DNA of 64,000 nucleotides from Escherichia phage 132, in the sequence record MZ417521. One strand, given 5' to 3'. Shown one piece after another: positions 18,009 through 26,071 of the stretch; positions within the stretch are counted from its first letter, which is position 1, and each line of letters begins with the position of its first letter. Under the pieces are notes generated by a model. That model had not been told where the DNA came from. It did not search any database and saw only the letters and a program-made list of their open reading frames with translations. Made by a program: the position numbers and the translations under genes.

Positions 18009-18311
18009 CTAAAAGAAACTTCTTTCACAATTTTTTCCACTGAACCATGCGCTTACCGCTTTCTTAGTCTCAGGAGCAGTGTTATCCATAAACCATTCAA
18101 AGGCAGCCTTTTTATGATTCTGGAGGGCTTCTCGGGCTTTAATCTGCTCACGGTCTATTAACACTAACATATGAGCCTTTCTTGTCACCATGGGCTTCTT
18201 ATGATTTTTTGAATACTCCCAATCATTTGTCCATCGCATCGTTGTTGCGAACTGATGAACCGCGTCTTTAATTTTAGTTTCATAAATTTCACGAGCCTTT
18301 GAGTATAACAT
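18009..18311 (-). CDS. Hypothetical 100-aa basic protein
   Basis: ATG at 18311 with GGAGG SD; the ORF-track start is 4 codons upstream. Confidence 0.5.
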   Translation of the reverse strand: MLYSKAREIYETKIKDAVHQFATTMRWTNDWEYSKNHKKPMVTRKAHMLVLIDREQIKAREALQNHKKAAFEWFMDNTAPETKKAVSAWFSGKNCERSFF

Positions 18312-18354
18312 CATTACCTCCATTTACCAGTTTAATTCTAGTCATCTTTTTAAT

Positions 18355-18392
18355 GGCAGTCCATATAATCTATTTCTGAACTGCCTTTTTGT
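18355..18392 (+). terminator. Plus-strand-oriented intrinsic terminator inside the minus-strand early region
   Basis: GGCAGT ... ACTGCC stem (19-nt loop) followed by TTTTTGTCTT on the plus strand; no plus-strand gene upstream. Confidence 0.4.
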
Positions 18393-18393
18393 C

Positions 18394-19113
18394 TTAGGAT
18401 TCTTCTAAATGTCTTTTCTGAAAAGTTGATACCATACTACGATACGGTTCATTTGGATACCCGTGTTTTATAGCTTCCTTTGTAAATTTTCTCCATCCAT
18501 ATTTAGTTTCTTTCCAAAGCTCGAATAATTCATCTTCATATTGCCATATAGTTAAATGAGAACGCTTTGCAGCTTTAATTCCATTAATATGCTTTTCTTT
18601 TACTACAGGATTGCTTAGTTTCTTTTTAATAATATTACTAACTTTTCTAACAAAAACTGGGTCCTTATATCGTTGCGAAGTTTTTATTGAAGTGTTTAAT
18701 TTAGCTTCCGGCGTGGATGTGACCTCTTTCATCTTTTTCTTCATATGCTGTATATGATTAGGATTTTTCCATAAATTTATAGAATGCTTTTTGCATTTTA
18801 TCCTAGTTTCATCTGCAACCTTTCCTCCTTCACCCCCGTATGACAGGTTAACACAGTTTTTTCCATATTTCAATTTACCTGCCATGATATATAATATTTC
18901 AGCTTGTACCATTTTATCATAATTATCAAAAACTTCTAAAACCGTTTTTGATAATATGTGGTCATTTGACACTTTTACACGTTCTATATAATTTCCACTA
19001 CCAACATACGAATCATTGATGTTATTAGTTATATGTCGACCATAATAGTATTTCTTAATACCTGTCTTTAAATTTAATATTTCAGTTTTATAGATAGTAA
19101 AATATTTTTTCAT
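18394..19113 (-). CDS. Free-standing GIY-YIG homing endonuclease (seg-like)
   Basis: 239 aa; N-terminal GIY-YIG-like module (YFTIYK...YYYGRH...VGSG) and basic C-terminus; start overlaps the stop of the upstream ATPase gene. Confidence 0.7.
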   Translation of the reverse strand: MKKYFTIYKTEILNLKTGIKKYYYGRHITNNINDSYVGSGNYIERVKVSNDHILSKTVLEVFDNYDKMVQAEILYIMAGKLKYGKNCVNLSYGGEGGKVADETRIKCKKHSINLWKNPNHIQHMKKKMKEVTSTPEAKLNTSIKTSQRYKDPVFVRKVSNIIKKKLSNPVVKEKHINGIKAAKRSHLTIWQYEDELFELWKETKYGWRKFTKEAIKHGYPNEPYRSMVSTFQKRHLEES

Positions 19114-20078
19114 TTTAATAATACCGTTTCAGCAATTTCTTCCCAATGATTTTTGTCGGTCATAATGAAGTCAGCAAGATAAAGAGCAGTACGCAGTGAA
19201 ACATTGCGTAAACGATTAACATTGACTTTCATCCATGATAATGCTTTATAAGTTTCTTCATCAGAAAGACCGCGCTTTTGCATCATGTCAGTTGAAAGAA
19301 TAACATCTTCAACCCTGACCATAATTTCTTCATTAGTATGAACACCCAAATCTAAATAAACTGAGCGGGACACTAATGCTTGTAAATGTGGAGCAAGTTT
19401 AGTACCACGGTCTAATTCGCGGTCAATGTCAACGTTTGTGATAAAAACAATCGTTCCTTTAAATTCAAACTCACGGTCAATGCCTTTTTCTTCTAAGTAA
19501 GAAGATGCAGTGCTCCAGCAGACTTTACGGGTCTCTCCAGTGTCCAGAGCAGCTTTTAGAAGATTAAGAATGTCCATATCAGAGAAAACATCCACATCAT
19601 CAATCAAAAGGACAGAATTCTCTTCACGATTGTTCCAAAGCTGCTCATAAAGACCAATACCAGAGATTTTACCATTAATGCTTTTATATTCAATGTATCC
19701 ATTATCATTTGCTTTATTTAAAGCTTTATCTAAAGAATACGTTTTACCAATACCTGCTGCGCCAGAGATAATTAATGAACGAATATTTCCATTAATAATA
19801 CCATTCGTCATCATTCCCATAACATTAAATCTTTTATTAATGCGGGTTTTCATATCTTCATATGATTCTTTAACTTCTTCAACTTTTACACCATCATATG
19901 AAATATCTGATTTGTAAACCCAAACACCGCGACGTTTACCGTCAATTTCAACAAAAACTTTACCATCTCCTTGTGCATCTACCGGAGCATTATCTGGGAA
20001 CCATTCGCCTAAGAGCTCAAAAGTTCCAGAGATTTCTTTACCGAAGTAGATACCCTTATTGATAGTTACAGTTTTCAT
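19110..20078 (-). CDS. AAA+ family ATPase
   Basis: Start at internal ATG (MKTVTINKG...) with GGAGAA SD; Walker A GAAGIGKTYS and Walker B LLIDDVD; the ORF-track N-terminal extension is a read-through of the promoter/terminator sequence. Confidence 0.7.
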   Translation of the reverse strand: MKTVTINKGIYFGKEISGTFELLGEWFPDNAPVDAQGDGKVFVEIDGKRRGVWVYKSDISYDGVKVEEVKESYEDMKTRINKRFNVMGMMTNGIINGNIRSLIISGAAGIGKTYSLDKALNKANDNGYIEYKSINGKISGIGLYEQLWNNREENSVLLIDDVDVFSDMDILNLLKAALDTGETRKVCWSTASSYLEEKGIDREFEFKGTIVFITNVDIDRELDRGTKLAPHLQALVSRSVYLDLGVHTNEEIMVRVEDVILSTDMMQKRGLSDEETYKALSWMKVNVNRLRNVSLRTALYLADFIMTDKNHWEEIAETVLLK

Positions 20079-20112
20079 TTTATTCTCCAAATCTGTATCA
20101 GTTGATAGTTGT

Positions 20113-20142
20113 ATAGTACCATAAAGCTTTATGCTTGTAAAC
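20113..20142 (-). promoter_or_regulatory. Early sigma70-type promoter
   Basis: Minus strand GTTTAC-N18-TGG-TACTAT; upstream of the AAA+ ATPase gene, just after a terminator. Confidence 0.6.
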
Positions 20143-20164
20143 CGTTTTGTGAAAAAATTTCTGA

Positions 20165-20192
20165 AATAAAAAAAGGGAGCCCGAAGGCTCCC
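20165..20192 (-). terminator. Intrinsic terminator after the nucleotidyltransferase gene
   Basis: GGGAGCC-UUCG-GGCUCCC hairpin followed by UUUUUUUAUUU. Confidence 0.7.
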
Positions 20193-20194
20193 TA

Positions 20195-21208
20195 TCATTT
20201 ATAATAACTTCGGTGGTTTTCAAGATAAACCCTCTCAAGGAAGTCATCCCAGAAACCCATGTCTACTTTTTGCTGCATACCGTTCTTAGAAGCTTCAATG
20301 GATGCTGCTTCTACTTGATCGACCACATCTTCCAAAAACTCTTGAACAGTTTTAAATGGATGTTTACCCAACTTCACGTCGAGAATAAATGGAGCATCTT
20401 GGAGTGGATAAACCAAGTCGCCAGTTTTGTAAATTTCCAATAGTTGGAGTCCACCACGACAAGCATGACTCAAAGCTTTCCAGTCAATACCCTCATTCGC
20501 TTCAGCTTTACGAGCACGTTCGCCGTATTCAGCATCAAGTTTATTCAAAGACTGCTTAAGCTCAATAAGAGAAAGAGTTGTCTGATATTTACGACCCAAC
20601 ACAGTATAGAACGTTTGTGGGCCTGTTTTCTCATGATTGTGGAACACCCATTCACAGAACTCGTTTTCTGGAAGACGATGCTTAATATCTTCAACTTTAG
20701 TTCGACGCTGCTTAATGGAACCGTCTTCTTGGTAATCAACCCATTGCTCGGGGATTTGATTAACTACTTTCAATACATCACGTAATGCAGCCAAACGAGA
20801 ACCCTTGACACCGTATTTAGAAGCTTGCTTGCGGACATATCCTAAATATGATTTCATGTTAGTCGTATAAAAACGAGAACGGTTGTCTTGAATAAACTTC
20901 CACACATCAGGCAAATCAGATTTAACCACTAGTTCAGGTGGAGTGTGAAGCATATCTAATGCTACAGTTTCACCATCTGCTGCTAATTTAAAGAAATATT
21001 TAAGACTGTATAGTTCATGGTCAATATCATCTTTAGTGTTTTTAGATGATGTGTTGTTAGTATTTTTACTCATGTGCTCTTTAACATTTCCAATAAGAAT
21101 ATCGCGAGCAGGAGGAACAAAGATTTCTTTAAAATCTACATCAGATTCTGGAGTAGAAGTTCCATAAAGATGACTACCAAAATAGCTTTTCATTACTGTT
21201 TTCATCAT
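20195..21208 (-). CDS. Nucleotidyltransferase-fold protein (MNT-like N-terminus, helical C-terminus)
   Basis: 337 aa; GSHLYGTSTPESDVDF matches the GS...D.D signature of Pol-beta-type nucleotidyltransferases; C-terminal R-x5-H; followed by a strong terminator. Confidence 0.65.
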   Translation of the reverse strand: MMKTVMKSYFGSHLYGTSTPESDVDFKEIFVPPARDILIGNVKEHMSKNTNNTSSKNTKDDIDHELYSLKYFFKLAADGETVALDMLHTPPELVVKSDLPDVWKFIQDNRSRFYTTNMKSYLGYVRKQASKYGVKGSRLAALRDVLKVVNQIPEQWVDYQEDGSIKQRRTKVEDIKHRLPENEFCEWVFHNHEKTGPQTFYTVLGRKYQTTLSLIELKQSLNKLDAEYGERARKAEANEGIDWKALSHACRGGLQLLEIYKTGDLVYPLQDAPFILDVKLGKHPFKTVQEFLEDVVDQVEAASIEASKNGMQQKVDMGFWDDFLERVYLENHRSYYK

Positions 21209-21666
21209 TCAGCCTTATATTCAATAACAGGACATACTTTAGCTTTACGAGCTTTTAAAAATTCAACGATAACCGATTTCTTGGGTTGAATAGGAGGTAA
21301 ACCTTTATACGCCCTATCAATATTTTCTACGTGTAAAGCATAATCCTTTTTCCATTTATAATCTTTATATTTTTCACGCAAATGTACAGGAATAACAAAT
21401 GAACCGATAATAAGTAAAACGAGCAAAATGGCAAGTATAAATGCTGATGGAAGAAGAGTCCATAAACTACCGAAAATAAGCCAACGTTGTAGGCTTTCTG
21501 CACAAATAATTGTTAGCCCTACGAGTATAGCACATCCAAAAATAGAAACGAAAAATGTAGGAATGGCAATAGACCAAAAATATGCGCATAGTGTCTTAGG
21601 TCGTTGCCATTCATCGTTAAACAATTTGAATAATTTATAGTGCCAAGAGTTTTCATTAATAATCAT
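21205..21666 (-). CDS. Membrane protein (2-3 TM helices)
   Basis: 153 aa; 4-nt overlap with the nucleotidyltransferase gene. Confidence 0.55.
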   Translation of the reverse strand: MIINENSWHYKLFKLFNDEWQRPKTLCAYFWSIAIPTFFVSIFGCAILVGLTIICAESLQRWLIFGSLWTLLPSAFILAILLVLLIIGSFVIPVHLREKYKDYKWKKDYALHVENIDRAYKGLPPIQPKKSVIVEFLKARKAKVCPVIEYKAE

Positions 21667-21668
21667 AA

Positions 21669-22190
21669 TTATCCTTTCATTGAAGGCGTAACAGTTGTTA
21701 AATACCTAATCATAGCCTCAGCTTCTGATTTTGATAGTGAAATTTCTTCACCGTTTTGACGAATAGAAATAAAATCTGGATGACGGTCACCACCAGCTTT
21801 TAAAACACACATATAAGTATCAGTTTCATCTTCAATATCTGAAATAATTGAAGCAGTTCCGCATGAATGTGGTTTTTGATAAATCAATGCAGCTTTTCTT
21901 CCACCGTTTGACTGTTCATAAACTTTTAATACATCAAACAAATCACTTCTTTTATCAATAGCTAAAATGTTATTTTCATCTTCAATGTTAAATCCTTCGG
22001 ATACTTCATAAAGTGTTACCCATAAATCACCGATGTCAATAACAGCATTTACTTTTCCACGGCTTTCAAGAGTATGACAAATTTTCTTGATTTCGTCATA
22101 ACTCATTTTAATAATATCATCTCCTTGACTAAGAAAGATGTCATTTTTAAATTCAACACGAATTAAACCGCTTTCACTTGAAATAAACAT
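21669..22190 (-). CDS. Hypothetical protein, paralog A (shares C-terminus with 22197..22754)
   Basis: 173 aa; C-terminus ...SEAEAMIRYLTTVTPSM resembles ...KDEAIALKTYLDSVIPTM of its neighbour. Confidence 0.55.
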   Translation of the reverse strand: MFISSESGLIRVEFKNDIFLSQGDDIIKMSYDEIKKICHTLESRGKVNAVIDIGDLWVTLYEVSEGFNIEDENNILAIDKRSDLFDVLKVYEQSNGGRKAALIYQKPHSCGTASIISDIEDETDTYMCVLKAGGDRHPDFISIRQNGEEISLSKSEAEAMIRYLTTVTPSMKG

Positions 22191-22196
22191 ATTTCC

Positions 22197-22754
22197 TCAC
22201 TTTGAAATCATAGTTGGAATAACAGAATCAAGATAAGTCTTTAGTGCAATAGCTTCGTCTTTGGTAAATGTGACAATATGCGATCGAAAATCATCAATTT
22301 GACGAATAGTTAAGACATCTCCATCTTCATAACATTTTGATACGTTTAAAACAGTTTCATCATTCTGATTGCAAGCGTTAGTAATAATAGCATTGCAATT
22401 TTTAAACCATTTTAAACTATGTTTTCTTTCATTAGAATCATAAAAATATTTAATGTAAGTTATAAAATTATCCCAATTATTAATTGATAAGCACATTGAC
22501 TCGCTTTTAATATTAAATCCTGGGCATGAAGAATAAAAATGAATTTTATGCTCATCATTAATGCTTACAATTTTATCAGTATAAGGATATTCAATTTGGG
22601 TTAAATGAATGATTTCACTAGGTGTAAAATACAGCATATCGTCTTCTTGTGTCAAACGATACATATTATTTACTTTTTCTATAGCCAATTCACCAAAAAG
22701 CGGACTAACTTCTAATACTAATCGTTTCATATTGATTCTCTTTGACTCACTCAC
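22197..22754 (-). CDS. Hypothetical protein, paralog B
   Basis: 185 aa; GTG start with AAGGAG SD 9 nt upstream. Confidence 0.55.
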   Translation of the reverse strand: MSESKRINMKRLVLEVSPLFGELAIEKVNNMYRLTQEDDMLYFTPSEIIHLTQIEYPYTDKIVSINDEHKIHFYSSCPGFNIKSESMCLSINNWDNFITYIKYFYDSNERKHSLKWFKNCNAIITNACNQNDETVLNVSKCYEDGDVLTIRQIDDFRSHIVTFTKDEAIALKTYLDSVIPTMISK

Positions 22755-22889
22755 AATTACATACTCCTTTGAATAATATCAATAATGTTGTTCACCAGAT
22801 TATAAGTAAACATTGGGTAATTATATTGAATCATCACATACACAACAAACAAAATTTTCATTCTCTTCTCCTTGACAGTTGACAAGATT

Positions 22890-22919
22890 ACTATACCATA
22901 ACCTTGCCAACTTGTAAAC
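22890..22919 (-). promoter_or_regulatory. Early sigma70-type promoter
   Basis: Minus strand GTTTAC-N18-TGG-TATAGT; upstream of the 34-codon uORF and gene 22197..22754. Confidence 0.6.
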
Positions 22920-22921
22920 CA

Positions 22922-23095
22922 TTAAATGACGTTTTCAATAAAATTCTGAAGCTTTGTGTGAGCATCAACCATGATTTTCATTTCTTCTTTGGCGAAAGCT
23001 GTACCTCTTTCCCGAGCAGAATACTCATAGTCAGAAACTGCATTAGCATATTCTTCAATTAGCTTCATTAAAAACATCTGCTTTTCAGTTTTCAT
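22922..23095 (-). CDS. Hypothetical 57-aa protein
   Basis: Not in the ORF track; ATG at 23093-23095 with AGGTGG SD; translation MKTEKQMFLMKLIEEYANAVSDYEYSARERGTAFAKEEMKIMVDAHTKLQNFIENVI. Confidence 0.35.
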   Translation of the reverse strand: MKTEKQMFLMKLIEEYANAVSDYEYSARERGTAFAKEEMKIMVDAHTKLQNFIENVI

Positions 23096-23279
23096 TATTC
23101 CACCTAATCATTTCAAGATATTGAACTAACTTAGCTTTGGATTTATCCAAATCCTTTTTAGCTGCTTCTATACCGTCGTATGAATATCCTTCACAATGCT
23201 CAACTGCCAATTGATATGAATCTATTTCAATATCACGTGCTAATTTAATGATTTTTTCAAACTGTTCGCGTGTTAGCAT
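23085..23279 (-). CDS. Hypothetical 64-aa protein
   Basis: ORF track; part of a chain of coupled small ORFs. Confidence 0.45.
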   Translation of the reverse strand: MLTREQFEKIIKLARDIEIDSYQLAVEHCEGYSYDGIEAAKKDLDKSKAKLVQYLEMIRWNNEN

Positions 23280-23281
23280 AA

Positions 23282-23485
23282 TTAAACTCTCGTATTATGA
23301 TCGATAATTTCATCAAGAAACATATCTAACGCTTCTAAAGCATTATCAACTTTAGCTTCAAGTTCATCAATACCTTTATTTGCAATGCCTGACGAAAACC
23401 AAGCAAAGTCACTAAGTTCCTCATCTGCTTTACGAATTGAAGCCACTAATTCCTTAATTTTATCCGCTTGTTCGATACTAATCAT
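23282..23485 (-). CDS. Hypothetical 67-aa acidic protein
   Basis: Internal ATG with GGTGG SD; ATGA overlap with the upstream ORF. Confidence 0.45.
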   Translation of the reverse strand: MISIEQADKIKELVASIRKADEELSDFAWFSSGIANKGIDELEAKVDNALEALDMFLDEIIDHNTRV

Positions 23486-23673
23486 TATTCCACCACATAT
23501 GAAAGAGAGAATATTGCACATGCCATGTGAGTTGCAACTTCATCACACATATTATAACGTTTCTTAAGAAGTTCTACAAGTTCTTCACTAGTAACTTCAT
23601 CCATGTCGACGAAAAAATCACCATTAATGATGACGTAGATATTTCCTTCTTGATTGAGTGCTTCAATTTTCAT
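23485..23673 (-). CDS. Hypothetical 62-aa protein
   Basis: Internal ATG ([10 protein letters not shown]...) with AGGAG SD downstream of an early promoter; the ORF-track N-terminus reads through the promoter. Confidence 0.45.
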
Positions 23674-23701
23674 GATGTTCTCCTCTTTATCCGATAGTTG
23701 T

Positions 23702-23731
23702 ATAGTACCACGGCTCAAACGAAAAGTAAAC
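23702..23731 (-). promoter_or_regulatory. Early sigma70-type promoter
   Basis: Minus strand GTTTAC-N18-TGG-TACTAT; upstream of ORF 23485..23673. Confidence 0.6.
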
Positions 23732-23739
23732 CGGTAAAA

Positions 23740-23764
23740 TGAAAAAAGTCTCCCGAAGGAGACT
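23740..23764 (-). terminator. Intrinsic terminator after ORF 23769..24155
   Basis: AGUCUCC-UUCG-GGAGACU hairpin followed by UUUUUUC. Confidence 0.65.
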
Positions 23765-23768
23765 AATG

Positions 23769-24155
23769 TTATTCGAGGGAAAGAAGATATTTACTCTGGT
23801 AAAACATTCCAGTAATATCATCTATCGTGCTTTGGATGGCTGGAGGCATTTCTTTATAAATGCTGTTAGATTGGTCTAGTATGCGATCAATCATTTTAAT
23901 TGTGTCGGTAGGAAGTTTACTAGCATCTGGAATTGAAGGTGTGTATTTTCTACCAGAATACCCCAAATACTGCTCACCAAATTTGTCAATCAAATCTGGT
24001 AACTCAGAAAAAATAAAATCGTATGCTTTGTGCCTAGCATAACTTTTAGTTTCAAAATGTGCAGAATGAAAATAAGCTTGCGCAGCCATTAATAAACCTA
24101 AGTATTCATCTGCCTTTGAAGGTTTTCCACTTTGTGAAAAGTCGCTGAATTTCAT
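23769..24155 (-). CDS. Hypothetical 128-aa protein (position of T4 rI.-1)
   Basis: ORF track; 4-nt overlap with rI; followed by a UUCG-loop terminator. Confidence 0.55.
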
Positions 24156-24445
24156 TCAGTCTCCAATTTAATGTTCATAATTCTAGCGTATGATTGTGCC
24201 ATCTCCGCGCCTCGTTCTATACATTCAAAATCAGAAGAGCACGGGTCATTTTTATAGGTCGTTCTCATAAAACTATAGAACTGTTCAGATGATTCTACGC
24301 TTTTATTTTCAAAAAGCATATAAACGTGCCTAATACCAGATTCCATAAATTTATCAAAATGAGGATCGACATTCGCTTCAATCGATGGAGATAAAACAAA
24401 TGACAATCCTAGCATGGCAAAAAGTGCCGTTGCTTTTAAGGCCAT
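24152..24445 (-). CDS. rI: Lysis-inhibition regulator RI (periplasmic antiholin, signal-anchor N-terminus)
   Basis: 97 aa, MALKATALFAMLGLSFVLSPSIEA signal-anchor; length and sequence match my recollection of T4 RI; GGAGG SD. Confidence 0.7.
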   Translation of the reverse strand: MALKATALFAMLGLSFVLSPSIEANVDPHFDKFMESGIRHVYMLFENKSVESSEQFYSFMRTTYKNDPCSSDFECIERGAEMAQSYARIMNIKLETE

Positions 24446-24457
24446 AAAGGCCTCCTA

Positions 24458-24670
24458 TCATTTTTGTCCTGTATTTACTTTATGCCGATGCACGGCCTTA
24501 ACTTTATCAAGGTATTTTTCAAAATTTCGCAATCTAGTATAGTCTGCCGGAGATTGGTTGAGTGATACTTCTCGACGCAAAGCTGAAATGATATTTCCAA
24601 CTTCCCTACGAATTTCATCTAATTGAAGAACAGTAAGATTGCGAAGTTGCTTTTCAGTTAATTGTAGCAT
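24458..24670 (-). CDS. Hypothetical 70-aa basic protein (position of T4 rI.1)
   Basis: ORF track; AAGGGG SD; TATAAATA late-promoter box 25 nt upstream. Confidence 0.5.
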
Positions 24671-24695
24671 ATATACCCCTTTAGTTAGATAAACC

Positions 24696-24703
24696 TATTT
24701 ATA
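24696..24703 (-). promoter_or_regulatory. Late promoter (TATAAATA) upstream of ORF 24458..24670 and rI
   Basis: Exact TATAAATA on the minus strand 25 nt upstream of the ATG, with AAGGGG SD between. Confidence 0.4.
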
Positions 24704-24712
24704 ACTTTTGCA

Positions 24713-25294
24713 CTAACCGAGTTTTTTAGTTAATTCATTCCAATGTTTTCTACACAAAGAAACATAAATTTCATCACCAATACAGATTTGATTACCTTCT
24801 TTAACTGGTGTTCCATCTTCCATTAATCGAGCTGTCATAATCGCTTTTTTGCCGCAATGACAAACTGCCTTTAGTTCAATAAGTTTATCTGCAATCGCTA
24901 AAAGTTCTTTAGAACCTTCAAACAATTTTCCAGCGAAATCAGTCCTTAATCCATAAGCCATAACAGGAACATTATATGTATCAACAATTCGACTCAATTG
25001 ATGCACCTGTTCAGTTTTTAAAAACTGAGCTTCATCTACAAATACGCAATGAATATCTTTTTGTGCTTCAGCCCATTTATAGAACTCGAAAATATCCATA
25101 TCATCTGTAATAATATTCGCTTCCTGTTTAATTCCAATGCGAGAAACAACTTCACAGACAGAATCGCGAGTATCAATAGCGGGTTTAAGAACTAATACAC
25201 TCATTCCACGTTCTTTATAATTATGTGCGGCAGTCAAAAGAGAAGCAGATTTTCCAGCATTCATTGCTGCATAAGTAAAAATTAAACTCGCCAT
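24713..25294 (-). CDS. tk: Thymidine kinase
   Basis: 193 aa; P-loop NAGKSASLL; C-terminal Zn-binding Cys pairs. Confidence 0.9.
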   Translation of the reverse strand: MASLIFTYAAMNAGKSASLLTAAHNYKERGMSVLVLKPAIDTRDSVCEVVSRIGIKQEANIITDDMDIFEFYKWAEAQKDIHCVFVDEAQFLKTEQVHQLSRIVDTYNVPVMAYGLRTDFAGKLFEGSKELLAIADKLIELKAVCHCGKKAIMTARLMEDGTPVKEGNQICIGDEIYVSLCRKHWNELTKKLG

Positions 25295-25303
25295 ATCACC
25301 TTC

Positions 25304-25489
25304 TTAAAGCGTATTCACATAAGCTATTAATTCATTTTCTTTCTTATCAAACCGATCAGCAAATTCTTCCTGCTGTTCGGGAGATAACGGGCCGTATTCA
25401 TCATAAAAGGTGTTTGCTTCTGTATGCTCATCTAGAAGTTCATGGATAAGCTCAAATAATTTATCTTTTTGTTCTTTACTCAGACTCAT
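25304..25489 (-). CDS. Hypothetical 61-aa acidic protein
   Basis: ORF track. Confidence 0.5.
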   Translation of the reverse strand: MSLSKEQKDKLFELIHELLDEHTEANTFYDEYGPLSPEQQEEFADRFDKKENELIAYVNTL

Positions 25490-25659
25490 ATATTAATTTC
25501 CAGGAGTTTTAAAATAATTCGCTTTTGCTTAAATATTTCCATAGTTAAATGACCAGTATCTTTTTGACCGATTCCAATGGCAAAACCTTTATTAACAGCG
25601 AGTTCAATTAAATTATCAAGCTCACGTAACACTTCGTATTGTAACTCAAAACTATTCAT
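25486..25659 (-). CDS. Hypothetical 57-aa protein
   Basis: Not in the ORF track; ATGA overlaps at both ends; translation MNSFELQYEVLRELDNLIELAVNKGFAIGIGQKDTGHLTMEIFKQKRIILKLLEINI. Confidence 0.35.
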   Translation of the reverse strand: MNSFELQYEVLRELDNLIELAVNKGFAIGIGQKDTGHLTMEIFKQKRIILKLLEINI

Positions 25660-25862
25660 TTTGGTTTACCTTCTTTAACGAAATCTGGATAAGGATAAAA
25701 TCCCGAATAAAATCCTTCACCTTTATGATTGATACATCCTTTATTAGAACAATAGCACCAATAATCGAAATCACAAGCCATTTCATCGTTGCATAAAGCA
25801 AAAACAACCGGCCACTTACACTTTTCACAATAGGCATTTTTAAGAATACTAGTTTGGCTCAT
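25656..25862 (-). CDS. Cys-rich small protein (possible Zn-binding)
   Basis: Start at third ATG with AAGGTGA SD; Cys-rich CEKCKW...CND...CDFDYWCYCSNKGCINH. Confidence 0.45.
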   Translation of the reverse strand: MSQTSILKNAYCEKCKWPVVFALCNDEMACDFDYWCYCSNKGCINHKGEGFYSGFYPYPDFVKEGKPK

Positions 25863-26071
25863 AACCATGTCACCTTCAAGCAATATTCTTCTACATGCTG
25901 TTTACGACCTTTCTTATCAATAAAGGTATATTCAACGAATGTTCCAATGTAGTCTTTATCTACATCATGTAGGCTATTAATTGGGCATTTAGTACGGCAA
26001 ATGCGTTCCCATTGACGAATAATTTCTGCTTTGTTTTTAGGATCAAACGGATGCGGGTAATGCACTTTCAT
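25859..26071 (-). CDS. Hypothetical 70-aa protein
   Basis: ORF track; overlaps the macro-domain gene stop by 29 nt. Confidence 0.45.
   Translation of the reverse strand: MKVHYPHPFDPKNKAEIIRQWERICRTKCPINSLHDVDKDYIGTFVEYTFIDKKGRKQHVEEYCLKVTWL

Noticed and set aside
19110-20198. Longer N-termini in the ORF track for the ATPase (19110..20198) and for ORFs 36054..36446 and 23485..23718, all containing a similar peptide (FFTK.FTS..GTI..STDTD.ENK)
   Set aside because: These extensions are in-frame read-through of the conserved early promoter and terminator; the real starts are internal ATGs with good SD sequences (20078, 36317, 23673).
22806-22811. Additional GTTTAC hexamer upstream of the paralog gene 22197..22754
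   Set aside because: No acceptable -10 element at the required 17-19 bp spacing; it lies inside the 34-codon upstream ORF.
25652-25837. ORF 25652..25837 (61 aa)
   Set aside because: Almost entirely overlaps the better-supported Cys-rich ORF 25656..25862 in a different frame.
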